Source: Ignisphaera sp. (GTDB taxonomy: Archaea > Thermoproteota > Thermoprotei_A > Sulfolobales > Ignisphaeraceae). From it: a stretch of 64,000 bases of DNA. Of the stretch, positions 38,946 through 50,975 are shown piece by piece (positions within the stretch are counted from its first letter, which is position 1; every line of letters begins with the position of its first letter). A model generated the notes under the pieces. The model did not search any database. It saw only the letters and a program-made list of their open reading frames with translations, and was not told the origin of the DNA. The position numbers and the translations under genes were made by a program. The DNA is taken from positions 215,764 through 279,763 of the forward strand of contig JAWAHS010000001.1 of the NCBI GenBank assembly GCA_038889075.1. Direction: 5' to 3'.

Positions 38946-40538
38946 ATGAATGCAATTTTTTCCCTTATGAAATCATCTTTACATACTCCTTTATTTATCG
39001 AGATGAGGGGTATAACTAAGATATATCTAAATAGAATACCAGCGCTAATAGATGTGGATTTCGATGTGAAGCCTTGTGAGGTGCATTGTGTAGTAGGGGA
39101 GAATGGTGCAGGTAAATCAACACTTATGAAGATTTTAGCAGGCGTCCTGAAGCCTACTAAAGGGGAGGTTCTGGTAAATGGTAAACACGTAGCATTTAGT
39201 TCACCTACCGATGCTCAGAGGTATGGTATCGGCATGGTTCACCAGCTATTTAATCTGGTTGAAAATCTTACGGTAGTGGATAATGTATTGCTACTTCTCC
39301 CACTATCTCTAAGGGAAAAGCTGTGGATTAATAGGAGGAGATTTGCTATAGATTTTAAGCAATTTTCTGAAAGGATCGGTCTGCCGATGGATCCCTTTGC
39401 TAAAGTTGGATCCCTTTCTGCTGGTTTAAAGCAAAGGCTTGAGATACTAAGGCTTCTCTATCTAGGATTCAGAGTTTTGATATTTGATGAACCCACATCT
39501 ATGCTGACTCCCATAGAGGCTGAAGAACTGTATAGATTTGTTAGAAATGCAAAGAGTAGTGGGATATCTATTATATGGGTGACACATAGATTAAATGAAG
39601 TGAATAGTATATGCGATAGGGTTACTGTTTTAAGAAAAGGTAAGGTAGTGAAACACCTTGCTGAAGAGGATATGCAACGGGGTATAGAATTAGCTGAGCT
39701 TGCATACTATATGGTTGGAGAAAATGGTTTAGAACATCTCCATAAAGTTGGGCACCGCGATTCTAAACTGCAATCCAACAAACCAATCCTTAGGATAGAA
39801 AATGCTGTGATTAAGGATGAACACAATGGTATTAAAATTAAGAACATAAATTTAGAGCTATATAGAGGAGAAATTCTAGGTATAGCAGGAGTCAGTGGTA
39901 ATGGACAGAAAGAGCTTGTAGAAGGATTGTTAGGGTATAGACCACTTGAAAAGGGTAAAATCACATTTGATGGCGTAGACGTAACTTTTATGGGTGTTAG
40001 CGAACGGCTGAAAATGGGTATAGCATACATTCCTGCGGAGAGATTAGAAAGAGGCGTTGCAGAAGATCTTAGTATTGTAGAGAACATGTATACGTACTGG
40101 ATTAACGCTATAGATAGTTTTAGAAAGCAACATCTCTTGAAGAAGAAGCTTCTCTACAATACAGCAGTAAATTTAATTAAAGAATATGATATCAGGACAG
40201 CTGATCCTAACTTTCCTGTAAAAACACTATCGGGAGGCAATATACAGAAACTTATTTTAGCACGAATATTTCAGAACCCCTATATAAAGGTTGTAATTGC
40301 TGAAGAACCTACTGCTGGTCTAGATGTAAAGACAACTAGATTTGTTCACAGAAAGATTATTGAGGCAAGTAGACAAGGAGTATCGTTCATAGTATTTTCC
40401 TCGGAATTAGATGAGTTGCTTAATTTGTCGGATAGGCTGGCTGTAATGTATGATGGGAGAATAACGAGGATATACGACTGTGTGGATACAATCAATATTA
40501 ATGAATTGAGTAGATATATGATGGGGTTGGATGGTTGA
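38946..40538 (+). CDS. ABC transporter ATP-binding protein (fused double-domain, CUT2/nucleoside type)
   Basis: GENGAGKST, MVHQ, FDEPT, GVSGNGQ, LSGGNIQK, SSELDE. Confidence 0.93.
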   Translation: MNAIFSLMKSSLHTPLFIEMRGITKIYLNRIPALIDVDFDVKPCEVHCVVGENGAGKSTLMKILAGVLKPTKGEVLVNGKHVAFSSPTDAQRYGIGMVHQLFNLVENLTVVDNVLLLLPLSLREKLWINRRRFAIDFKQFSERIGLPMDPFAKVGSLSAGLKQRLEILRLLYLGFRVLIFDEPTSMLTPIEAEELYRFVRNAKSSGISIIWVTHRLNEVNSICDRVTVLRKGKVVKHLAEEDMQRGIELAELAYYMVGENGLEHLHKVGHRDSKLQSNKPILRIENAVIKDEHNGIKIKNINLELYRGEILGIAGVSGNGQKELVEGLLGYRPLEKGKITFDGVDVTFMGVSERLKMGIAYIPAERLERGVAEDLSIVENMYTYWINAIDSFRKQHLLKKKLLYNTAVNLIKEYDIRTADPNFPVKTLSGGNIQKLILARIFQNPYIKVVIAEEPTAGLDVKTTRFVHRKIIEASRQGVSFIVFSSELDELLNLSDRLAVMYDGRITRIYDCVDTININELSRYMMGLDG

Positions 40539-41599
40539 TTAAACAGATGGTTACTATCAAGATTGTTAATGTTGTATCCTTTTTCTTAGGATTCTCCATA
40601 CTCTTACTATTCACCGTGTTACTTTTTCTAGTCGCAGGTCTGGATCCCCTTACTTCGATACATCTTCTATTCTATTACGGATTTGGTTCTCCTAATTATC
40701 TCGTTGAGGCTCTATTGAGGAGTGTTCCCCTATTACTCATAAGTCTAGGACTAATGTTCACCTTCATAGCCGGTGTATGGAATATAGGTGCTGAAGGTCA
40801 ATTCTGTATAGGTGCAATAGTTGCTGCCTCCATTGCACTATATACAGCTTGGATGCCCTTTCCCATACCTCTAATCCTAGCTACCATTGGAGGAGGTCTG
40901 GGTGGAGCCCTCTATGCTCTAGTACCAGCTTATCTACGTGCAGTTAGAAACATAAATGAAGTTCTTACATCGCTAATGTTGAACTATATCGCAATCTATT
41001 TTGTGAGCTATCTAATACTTGGTCCACTAAGAAATCCTACAACAAATTTTGCTGAAACACCACCAATACCTGAAACAGCAATAGCACCTCGAATCCTATC
41101 GGGTTACAGATTGAATTATCTTTCAATTTTAGCATTTACATTAATTCCAATTACATTGATAGTACTTAGCAAAACTGGTTTTGGAATGTCCATCAGATTC
41201 ATGGGCCAGAATCCCATAGCTGCAGACTTTATAGCCATTGATAGGAAAAGGCTTATTTTAAGAACAATGTTTATTAGTGGTTTTCTAGCTGGTTTAGCAG
41301 CTGCCCATGAAGTTTTAGGTGTTGTCCATGCCGTTAGGCAAGGGATATCCTCTAGCTATGGCTACATCTCAATTGGTATAGCTTATTTCGGTGGACTACA
41401 TCCTATAGGGATATTTCTTGTATCACTCCTTGCAGCAGGTATAATTAATGGCACTAGATTGATTTGCTTCTTTTTGGGAATCCCCATAGGACTATCCGAT
41501 ATTCTATTTGGTGCTCTACCTATATTTGTGTTCATATCAAATAGAGTTGTAGAGAGACTGATAGTTAACAGATTAATATATGGTAGGGGGGTGCAGTAA
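40535..41599 (+). CDS. ABC transporter permease (nucleoside type)
   Basis: WNIGAEGQ, NEVLTSLMLNY, SGFLAGLA. Confidence 0.9.
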   Translation: MIKQMVTIKIVNVVSFFLGFSILLLFTVLLFLVAGLDPLTSIHLLFYYGFGSPNYLVEALLRSVPLLLISLGLMFTFIAGVWNIGAEGQFCIGAIVAASIALYTAWMPFPIPLILATIGGGLGGALYALVPAYLRAVRNINEVLTSLMLNYIAIYFVSYLILGPLRNPTTNFAETPPIPETAIAPRILSGYRLNYLSILAFTLIPITLIVLSKTGFGMSIRFMGQNPIAADFIAIDRKRLILRTMFISGFLAGLAAAHEVLGVVHAVRQGISSSYGYISIGIAYFGGLHPIGIFLVSLLAAGIINGTRLICFFLGIPIGLSDILFGALPIFVFISNRVVERLIVNRLIYGRGVQ

Positions 41600-42546
41600 T
41601 GAGTACCGTAATTGTATATGATTTCCTTCGTGCTGTTGTTAGGGTTTCAGCACCGCTGTGCTATGCTGGTCTCGGCGAACTTCTTGTAGAGAAGACCGGT
41701 ATGTTAAATATATCAATTGAGGGAACCCTATGGCTTAGTTCGCTAGCAGCATTTATTATCAACTATTACTATGGAAATCCATACTATGGAGTTTTTGTTG
41801 GAATGTTTGTAGGTATGCTGTACTATCTCCTCTTCGGTCTTTTCTCTATATACATTGGGTTGAATCAGGTACTGATTGGTGTAGCACTAAATCTCTTTGC
41901 CTACGGATCCACATTCTATATATACAGATTTGTTTTTGAATGGAGGGAGAGAACAACAATACCATCTGTAAAGACCCTTATGGACGATCTTAGAATACCC
42001 TTCTTATCCGATGCACCTTTCCTTGGTGGTGTACTTTTCAATCAACCTATCACGGTATATGGACTCTATATCCTCATACCACTAGCATACTATCTTCTAA
42101 ATAAAACTATGTACGGACTCTATATTACATCCATAGGCGAGAATCCGGAGGCTTCTGATCGATTAGGTATATCGGTTTTCAAATACAGACTGCTATGTCT
42201 CTGTCTAGGAGGACTACTTGTCGGATTAGGTGGTTCCATCTTCACCACATACCTATCAAATATCTATTTGGATCAGATGATTGCGGGAAGAGGATTCATT
42301 GTCATAGCCCTCTTGATCCTAGGATCGTGGACGCCTTTAAAAACAATAGGTGCCATTCTACTATATTCATTTATTGAAGCTTTTCAATATAGATTTCAAG
42401 CACTCTTTGCGTCGCTAATGACATTCATACCATATCAGTTTGTATTAATGCTACCATACCTTACTACAATTATAGCATTGACAGTAATTGGAAGGAAAAT
42501 CAAACCTCCTGCGTGGCTTGGTAAACACTATACACGCATTAAATAG
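41599..42546 (+). CDS. ABC transporter permease (nucleoside type)
   Basis: GELLVEKTGMLNISIEG, GENPEA, AGRGFI, LPYL, PPAWLG. Confidence 0.9.
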   Translation: MSTVIVYDFLRAVVRVSAPLCYAGLGELLVEKTGMLNISIEGTLWLSSLAAFIINYYYGNPYYGVFVGMFVGMLYYLLFGLFSIYIGLNQVLIGVALNLFAYGSTFYIYRFVFEWRERTTIPSVKTLMDDLRIPFLSDAPFLGGVLFNQPITVYGLYILIPLAYYLLNKTMYGLYITSIGENPEASDRLGISVFKYRLLCLCLGGLLVGLGGSIFTTYLSNIYLDQMIAGRGFIVIALLILGSWTPLKTIGAILLYSFIEAFQYRFQALFASLMTFIPYQFVLMLPYLTTIIALTVIGRKIKPPAWLGKHYTRIK

Positions 42547-42635
42547 ATATATGGTGAAAGCATATAGGTAGGCATATTAGAGGGTGGTGCAGATGCTTAA
42601 GAAGTTGTTTAAAAATCTTGAAATCTTTTTAGTAG

Positions 42636-43649
42636 GTGGTTAATATGATTAAATCTAGCGAAAAGATTAATCTGCTATTAAGGAACGGATACTCAGAGGA
42701 GGTAGTAGTTTTCCCTATAGTAGGATACCACGCAGCATACGTTTATAATATACCGTTTTCCATATATGTTAGAGATGCTAAGAGGATGGCTGAAACTCAG
42801 TATAAGGTGCTTAAATACTATGGATCTGATTTCATAGCACCTGTCATGGATTTAACAGTAGAGGCTGAGGCACTAGGCGTTTCCGTATCGTGGAACTCCA
42901 TTCCACCATCAATACATAGCCACCTAACAGTTAATGATATGCACATCATTGATAGATTAGCCAGCAACTTTCTTAGTCTTGGAAGAATTCCAGTATTCCT
43001 TGAATCCATAAAGACGCTTAGAGAAATCGATAGAGACGATAAGATTATATGTGGTTATGTCACAGGCCCCCTTACACTGGCTGGGAATGTATTTGGCTAT
43101 GAAAATACTCTTAAATTAGTATTGAAGGATCCTCGTAAGCTTAGTGAAATCATCGATCTGCTCCAGAGGTTGTCAATTCCATATCTAAGGGCATTGGTAG
43201 AAAACGGAGCTGATTGCATCATTGTAGCGGATCCGTTATCGGCTTTAATATCTCCACAGCACTATACTACATTTTCACTTAAACCATTAAAGACAATTGT
43301 AGATGAGGTAGAGAGATTGAATAGAATTGCAATTCTACATACTTGTGGAAATGCTACCAGAATACTAAGGCTGATGGCTGAAACAGGTGCTCATATTCTA
43401 AGCATAGACAAATATGTAGATATAGGATTTGCGCTAACGAGCACCAATAGGGTAATAATGGGTAATGTGCCAACCACATTATTTCTAATGAGTGCTGAAA
43501 AAGTATCGGAATATACGCTATCTATTCTAAACATATCTATGGGAAGAAGACACATTATAGCATCAGGTTGCGAAATACCTCCATACTCAAACCCAGAGTG
43601 TATAAAAGCAATGGTATCTTCAGCAAAATCCTTTAGTATACGGAGCTAA
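42636..43649 (+). CDS. MtaA/MtbA-like methylcobamide methyltransferase (MT2, URO-D fold)
   Basis: DLTVEAEALG, GPLTLA, ADP, LHTCG (HxC) and SGCE zinc ligands, MGNV. Confidence 0.85.
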   Translation: MVNMIKSSEKINLLLRNGYSEEVVVFPIVGYHAAYVYNIPFSIYVRDAKRMAETQYKVLKYYGSDFIAPVMDLTVEAEALGVSVSWNSIPPSIHSHLTVNDMHIIDRLASNFLSLGRIPVFLESIKTLREIDRDDKIICGYVTGPLTLAGNVFGYENTLKLVLKDPRKLSEIIDLLQRLSIPYLRALVENGADCIIVADPLSALISPQHYTTFSLKPLKTIVDEVERLNRIAILHTCGNATRILRLMAETGAHILSIDKYVDIGFALTSTNRVIMGNVPTTLFLMSAEKVSEYTLSILNISMGRRHIIASGCEIPPYSNPECIKAMVSSAKSFSIRS

Positions 43650-44073
43650 CTACTTGCTACGTAATATCAATGTTAACTTGTTATCCACTGAGAAATACCA
43701 AAGAGTGATATCTACTAGGAATCCATTTGCGGCAGTAAATGTAGAGAAGTAGACTATCTAATGTACATATTATGCAGTTTTGAAATATCCGGCGAATGGC
43801 TATCCTTCGTCATTTCAAGCATACCCGTGGATAAAAATCTAACCTTTAATTATTCTCAAAAAAGCTCTATATGCTATGTACATTCCTCTAATAATGGTGC
43901 TCCCTAATCGATTTAAATCCACGTATTTCTACCAAATGGCAGGCAAACCAATTTTCAAATATTATAGATAGATTACAAGCTCAGTATTGCGTACCCTAGT
44001 GAGCTGCATCAAGCTGTTGTTTAAGAGTGTGTTTAAAATACTTACATAATTGATTTTCTAGATAGCTGGTTGG

Positions 44074-45624
44074 GTGTATACCGTGTTCAAAGGGTTCAAG
44101 ATCATTCTTACAGGTGACGAAGGTCTTGTAAGTAGTTACTATGGTACATATTTGGGCTTTGCATCAAGTTTGCCTATGGACATCTTTCCAGCTATCCTCG
44201 GAGAGTTTCTATTCCCCATTAGAAGTGGGAAACATGGAAGGATGCTCACTAGCCAGTACGGCTTATGTAAAATCGAGGCTACATTACTGAATAGTGGTTT
44301 TTCAAGAAATGAAGTTGCCATTGTAGATCCTAGGAGACTTGAGGAAGCTATAGGTCCTGAGACCCGAGCTATCGGTATAGGAGTTCTCGATCCCCTTGGC
44401 GTTAATTATGGCACAGCCCTTCTAAGGATAGTGCTTAGACTTATTGGAATGGAAACTAGGCTTCAGTCATACATGTCCTGGGCAACAATGAAAATCTTCA
44501 ACAACCCTGCTGTTAAGGGTTATAGAAATAGGCTCAAGATTATTGTAGGTGGACAGGGTGTATGGGAGATAATTGACGGAGGTTTGCAGAGGAAACTCGG
44601 TATAGATACTATAGTTGAAGGTGAGGGGGAATTAGTTGCCCCTACATTATTTAAGGCAGCTGTTAATGGTATGCCTTTGCCCAGCTATATAAGGGGTCCT
44701 CCGGTTCCAGTTGATAGAATCCCTGTAATAAGGACACCATCAAGGGGATTTGTAGAGATAACTAGAGGATGTGGAAGAGGCTGCATGTTCTGTAACCCTA
44801 CATTACTCATGTTTAGGTCCATACCCTACGAAAATATCTCTAGAGAGATCCTCACTAATTTGATAGGAAATGAAAAAAGAATAACACTACACTCGGAAGA
44901 TTTCCTTAGATACGGTTCAACAAGCCTCTATCCAAATGAAGAAAAAATTACCAAAATGCTTGGAAATATCTTAAAGATTCCAGGCCTAGAGGAGGTTACA
45001 GTAGACTTTGTGGCAGCTTCTACAGTCATGCTCAATCCTAGACTTGTCAAAGCAGCTAGCGATATCCTAGGTATTGGAGGTAGAAATCGATCGTTGATTC
45101 AGATGGGTATTGAGAGTGCAAGTCCGAGAATAATCAAGCTGATTGCTCCAGGAAAACCTAAGCCCTTTAGCTATGAAAAATGGCCTGAAGTAGTAGAATC
45201 AGCTATTATCGTATTGAATGATACTGGTTGGTGGGTTTGTGCAACGATAATAGTGGAGCTACCTTTCGAACAACATGAAGATATAGAAAGTAATATAAAA
45301 ATGGTAGAGAAGTTGGAACACTACGATGTACTCGTACTCCCCCTACCATTTATACCATCGGGAAGTCTTAGAAGAATAAAGAAGTTTACCTCTTCACACA
45401 TCCTAACGCATGCTAGAAATCTAGAGCTAATAGCCATAGCAGTATATGATGCAGTGAAAAAGATAAGGAAACTCTCAAAGTATCTAGTTGCACGAGCTCC
45501 TATCGGGGTAAAGCAACTATTAGGAGGTTTGCTCTATATGGCAGCAACTATAGGTGTTAGAAAACTCCAGAGAGGTATTCTAGAGTTCAAGATGCAATCG
45601 TACCTTAATCGGTATTCACTATAG
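44074..45624 (+). CDS. B12-binding-domain radical SAM protein
   Basis: YGLCKIEA, DPLG, VGGQG, EGEGE, EITRGCGRGCMFC (CxxxCxxC), GIES. Confidence 0.85.
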   Translation: MYTVFKGFKIILTGDEGLVSSYYGTYLGFASSLPMDIFPAILGEFLFPIRSGKHGRMLTSQYGLCKIEATLLNSGFSRNEVAIVDPRRLEEAIGPETRAIGIGVLDPLGVNYGTALLRIVLRLIGMETRLQSYMSWATMKIFNNPAVKGYRNRLKIIVGGQGVWEIIDGGLQRKLGIDTIVEGEGELVAPTLFKAAVNGMPLPSYIRGPPVPVDRIPVIRTPSRGFVEITRGCGRGCMFCNPTLLMFRSIPYENISREILTNLIGNEKRITLHSEDFLRYGSTSLYPNEEKITKMLGNILKIPGLEEVTVDFVAASTVMLNPRLVKAASDILGIGGRNRSLIQMGIESASPRIIKLIAPGKPKPFSYEKWPEVVESAIIVLNDTGWWVCATIIVELPFEQHEDIESNIKMVEKLEHYDVLVLPLPFIPSGSLRRIKKFTSSHILTHARNLELIAIAVYDAVKKIRKLSKYLVARAPIGVKQLLGGLLYMAATIGVRKLQRGILEFKMQSYLNRYSL

Positions 45625-45742
45625 AGAATTAACATTTAAATATCACATACGAAAATCCTTAGTCATATTAGTATTGAGGATTTTATACTCTGCTAAATCA
45701 AGGTAACTACAAATATTGTAGACGGCACATCTTGTATAGGTA

Positions 45743-47978
<2,236 letters not shown>

Positions 47979-48083
47979 AAAACAGTACACCTCGAATAAT
48001 CCCATGTACTATTTCATTCCATGGTACAGTAAGAGATGCCCTACCTATCTTAGGAGACGATGTTCCTAGGTTTAGATAGAGCT

Positions 48084-48779
48084 TCACTGTCTAGTCTTAT
48101 CTAAATATATCTTTATATCGTTAAAGGAAATTGATATGGCGCTTTTCGGTATACCAATCGGCATTATGTAGACCGGGGTTTCACCAGGCTTTACACCCAC
48201 TACCTCTGCAACTTCAGAATCTCTAAAAGCACCTATAGCAACAGTACCGTAGCCTAGTGCTACTGACATCAGATACACATTTTGACCAAGATGTCCAACA
48301 TCCATGGGCACATACCTATACCTTCCCCTCTCACCATAATATCTCGTGGTTCTCTCATACACAGCACATACAACTATACTAACCGGCGCCTCTTCAATCC
48401 ATTTCTGATTTAGTGCTGCTTTTGCTAGGCTTCTTCTAGCATCACCCTTCTTTACATTAGATAGACCATGTACGTGTGGAATGTATCTATATACACCAGC
48501 TTCTAGATATCCTCCATCAAACGTGTGAACAGAGTTCTCACCGATAGCAGTATATACCTCTAGAGGATATGTCGCACCTGCACTTGGTGATGATCTAAAC
48601 CCATTTATAGGATCGGTGATACCATAGGCAGCCCATAGAATCATGGACAGGTGGTCTAGCCTAATAGGTTCTTTCCTAAATTCTCTAATGCTTCTCCGCA
48701 AAAGAATTGCTTCCTCTACAGTTACTGACGATAGTTTCTGGGGTATTGGAAGATAGATTAGAGACATATTTTCGACCAT
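48084..48779 (-). CDS. SagB/ThcOx-family nitroreductase
   Basis: RRSIREF, LWAAYG, RSSPSAGATYPLE, YGERGRYRY, DVGHLGQN, IGAF. Confidence 0.88.
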   Translation of the reverse strand: MVENMSLIYLPIPQKLSSVTVEEAILLRRSIREFRKEPIRLDHLSMILWAAYGITDPINGFRSSPSAGATYPLEVYTAIGENSVHTFDGGYLEAGVYRYIPHVHGLSNVKKGDARRSLAKAALNQKWIEEAPVSIVVCAVYERTTRYYGERGRYRYVPMDVGHLGQNVYLMSVALGYGTVAIGAFRDSEVAEVVGVKPGETPVYIMPIGIPKSAISISFNDIKIYLDKTRQ

Positions 48780-48839
48780 AAACTACCTTTGCACTATCGA
48801 CTAGAAATACCTTATAGCTACCATCTACATCTATACTAT

Positions 48840-50126
48840 TTACAGTATTTTTAGAAGGGAACCCCTTAGATCATAGAAGGTCGCATCTCTAATTAAAGCA
48901 TATCCTTTTTTCCCCAGGACCTCAACGCCCTGTTCAAGGATTACCGGTCTATAGTTATATAGCCTACCTATAGCCTTATCTCTATCAACATCCATCTCGG
49001 TTATCCAAACCTTTGCAATCGATCCTATGTATTCCCTATTTAGATTCAGTGCCACTACCTCATATACTCTTTCTATATAGCTACTTCTCTGCTTTTTTAT
49101 TGGATCTGGTATTTGGGGCATTAATGCGGATTTTGTCTGCGGCCTTGGCGAAAATCTTGCTATATGAACTCTATCAATGTAGTTTTCAGATATGAGTTGA
49201 ACGCTATCTAAAAATGCTTGATTGTCTTCACCAGGATGACCTACAATTATATCAGTTGCTATATGTATACCCTCAATTTTACTGCGAACCTCCTTAACGA
49301 TGTCTAGAAACTGTTCAACACTATGGCCCCTATTCATAGCCTTTAAAACCATGTTATTACCACTTTGTATAGGTATGTGGAGGTGCTTATATACTCTAGG
49401 ATCTTTCAATATATCTATTAAACCATCGAGATAATTGGTAATATGCCTTGGATTAAGCTGTCCAAGCCTCAGTATAAAGTCCTCTGAATCGATTTCAAGT
49501 ATGCTTTGGAAAAGCCTTGGCAGTGCGTAGACCCCATATAGGTCAACTCCATATACACTCAAATCCTGTGCTGTTATTTCAATTTCTAAAGCTCCCATGG
49601 ATAGCACCTCTTTAACTGTTGCAACGACCTTCTCTATAGGAGCACTACGGAGAAACGGTCTAGATACCTTAACGATACAAAATGAACACTCATCTATACA
49701 GCCCTCTGCAACTGGAATGCTGGCTTTCACACCTTCTATTACCTTCGGCATTATATGGAAGGACTTAAAATCATCTACTATAATAGTCTGAGGCGGTGCT
49801 TCAACAGCTTCAACAATTCTGCAAACACTCTGGGGTACTAGCAATATAGAATGTGGATAGACCTTTCGGATATTGGCTGGCAGCGCCCTAGCCATACATC
49901 CAGCAACTATAATCTTCTTACCTAATTTAGATAGAGTCTCTAACCTCTTAACCATTCTAACCTCGGTATCGTATCTAACAATACACGTGTTTAAGATAAT
50001 TACATCGGCATCATTAGGCGCATCGACAATCTCATAGCCATTATCCAGCAGTACGGTCTTCATAATTGCAGCATCAGCTCTATTCAATGTACATCCATAT
50101 ACTTCTATGTAGACCTTTTTAGCCAT
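48840..50126 (-). CDS. tRNA t6A37 methylthiotransferase (archaeal MtaB/CDKAL1-type radical SAM)
   Basis: YGCTLN, NTCIV, VAGC, EGCIDECSFC, HIPIQSG, TDIIVGHPGE, TRAM domain. Confidence 0.92.
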   Translation of the reverse strand: MAKKVYIEVYGCTLNRADAAIMKTVLLDNGYEIVDAPNDADVIILNTCIVRYDTEVRMVKRLETLSKLGKKIIVAGCMARALPANIRKVYPHSILLVPQSVCRIVEAVEAPPQTIIVDDFKSFHIMPKVIEGVKASIPVAEGCIDECSFCIVKVSRPFLRSAPIEKVVATVKEVLSMGALEIEITAQDLSVYGVDLYGVYALPRLFQSILEIDSEDFILRLGQLNPRHITNYLDGLIDILKDPRVYKHLHIPIQSGNNMVLKAMNRGHSVEQFLDIVKEVRSKIEGIHIATDIIVGHPGEDNQAFLDSVQLISENYIDRVHIARFSPRPQTKSALMPQIPDPIKKQRSSYIERVYEVVALNLNREYIGSIAKVWITEMDVDRDKAIGRLYNYRPVILEQGVEVLGKKGYALIRDATFYDLRGSLLKIL

Positions 50127-50202
50127 ATTACTCTAGACCCTACTCAGATAAAAGTTACGAATCAAGTTTTAAGCTGTATCACAATACATAAATAGTAGAG
50201 AG

Positions 50203-50652
50203 GTGATAGTAGATTTGGCTGAAGATGATGTAGAATTAAAGATTATATACAATTACAATACTCTGCTCAGTAGAGCGTATTCAAAGTTGCCTGCAAGAAG
50301 AGGTAGTAAGGCATACGACATCCCATCGCTTGAAATAGACTATGCAGGAGACCATACAATGGTTAAGAACTTTGGATATGTATGTGATAGAATTAGAAGG
50401 GAACCTAGGATTGCAATGAGATTCTTTTTAAAAGAGCTTGCAATGCCTGGCTCATTAGATGATAAAAATAGTTTGATAATATACAGGAGAGTGACCTCAA
50501 AATCACTTCAAGAGCTGTATAGCCGCTTCCTTGAAACCTATGTTAGATGCGCTACTTGTGGAAGTTATGATACTGAGCTTGGTAGAGAGGGTAAGGTATG
50601 GTATATACAGTGTCTCGCATGTGGTGCTAAAACGTATGTAAAGCCTATATAG
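50203..50652 (+). CDS. eif2b: Translation initiation factor 2 beta subunit
   Basis: LLSRAY, NF, FFLKELA, YVRCATCGS.DT, CLACGA. Confidence 0.92.
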   Translation: MIVDLAEDDVELKIIYNYNTLLSRAYSKLPARRGSKAYDIPSLEIDYAGDHTMVKNFGYVCDRIRREPRIAMRFFLKELAMPGSLDDKNSLIIYRRVTSKSLQELYSRFLETYVRCATCGSYDTELGREGKVWYIQCLACGAKTYVKPI

Positions 50653-50663
50653 AGGTATGTTAT

Positions 50664-50975
50664 GTGGTGTCCCTATTCTATATGAAGGTATATAATGTTG
50701 AGGATAAGACCATGGTTGCTGTATGTGACGAGGAGATTTTGGGAAAAGTATTTAGAGAAGGTGACGTAGTGTTAGACATAGCACCAACATTCTATGGAGG
50801 TGAAAAAGTCGGTATTGAAGAAATTATAGAGATGATTAGCACAGCTGATGTTGTGGTCCTATCCGGAAGAAGAATAGTTGATGAATTAGCTAAAAGAGGA
50901 TTGGTGCTAAAGGAGTATGCTCTTGTAGTTGAAGGGCAACCCCATATCCAGATAATTAAAGGGGTTTACAAATAG
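50664..50975 (+). CDS. DUF424-family protein
   Basis: MVAVCDEEILGK.FREG, FYGG; conserved neighbour of aIF2b and NMD3. Confidence 0.85.
   Translation: MVSLFYMKVYNVEDKTMVAVCDEEILGKVFREGDVVLDIAPTFYGGEKVGIEEIIEMISTADVVVLSGRRIVDELAKRGLVLKEYALVVEGQPHIQIIKGVYK

Noticed and set aside
43650-44073. Possible cobalamin riboswitch in the 420-bp gap before the radical SAM gene
   Set aside because: No B12-box or convincing stems recognisable; AT-rich
48084-48779. SagB-like gene as part of a RiPP (thiazole/oxazole) cluster
   Set aside because: No YcaO, precursor peptide or transporter adjacent; stand-alone SagB-type nitroreductases are common in archaea
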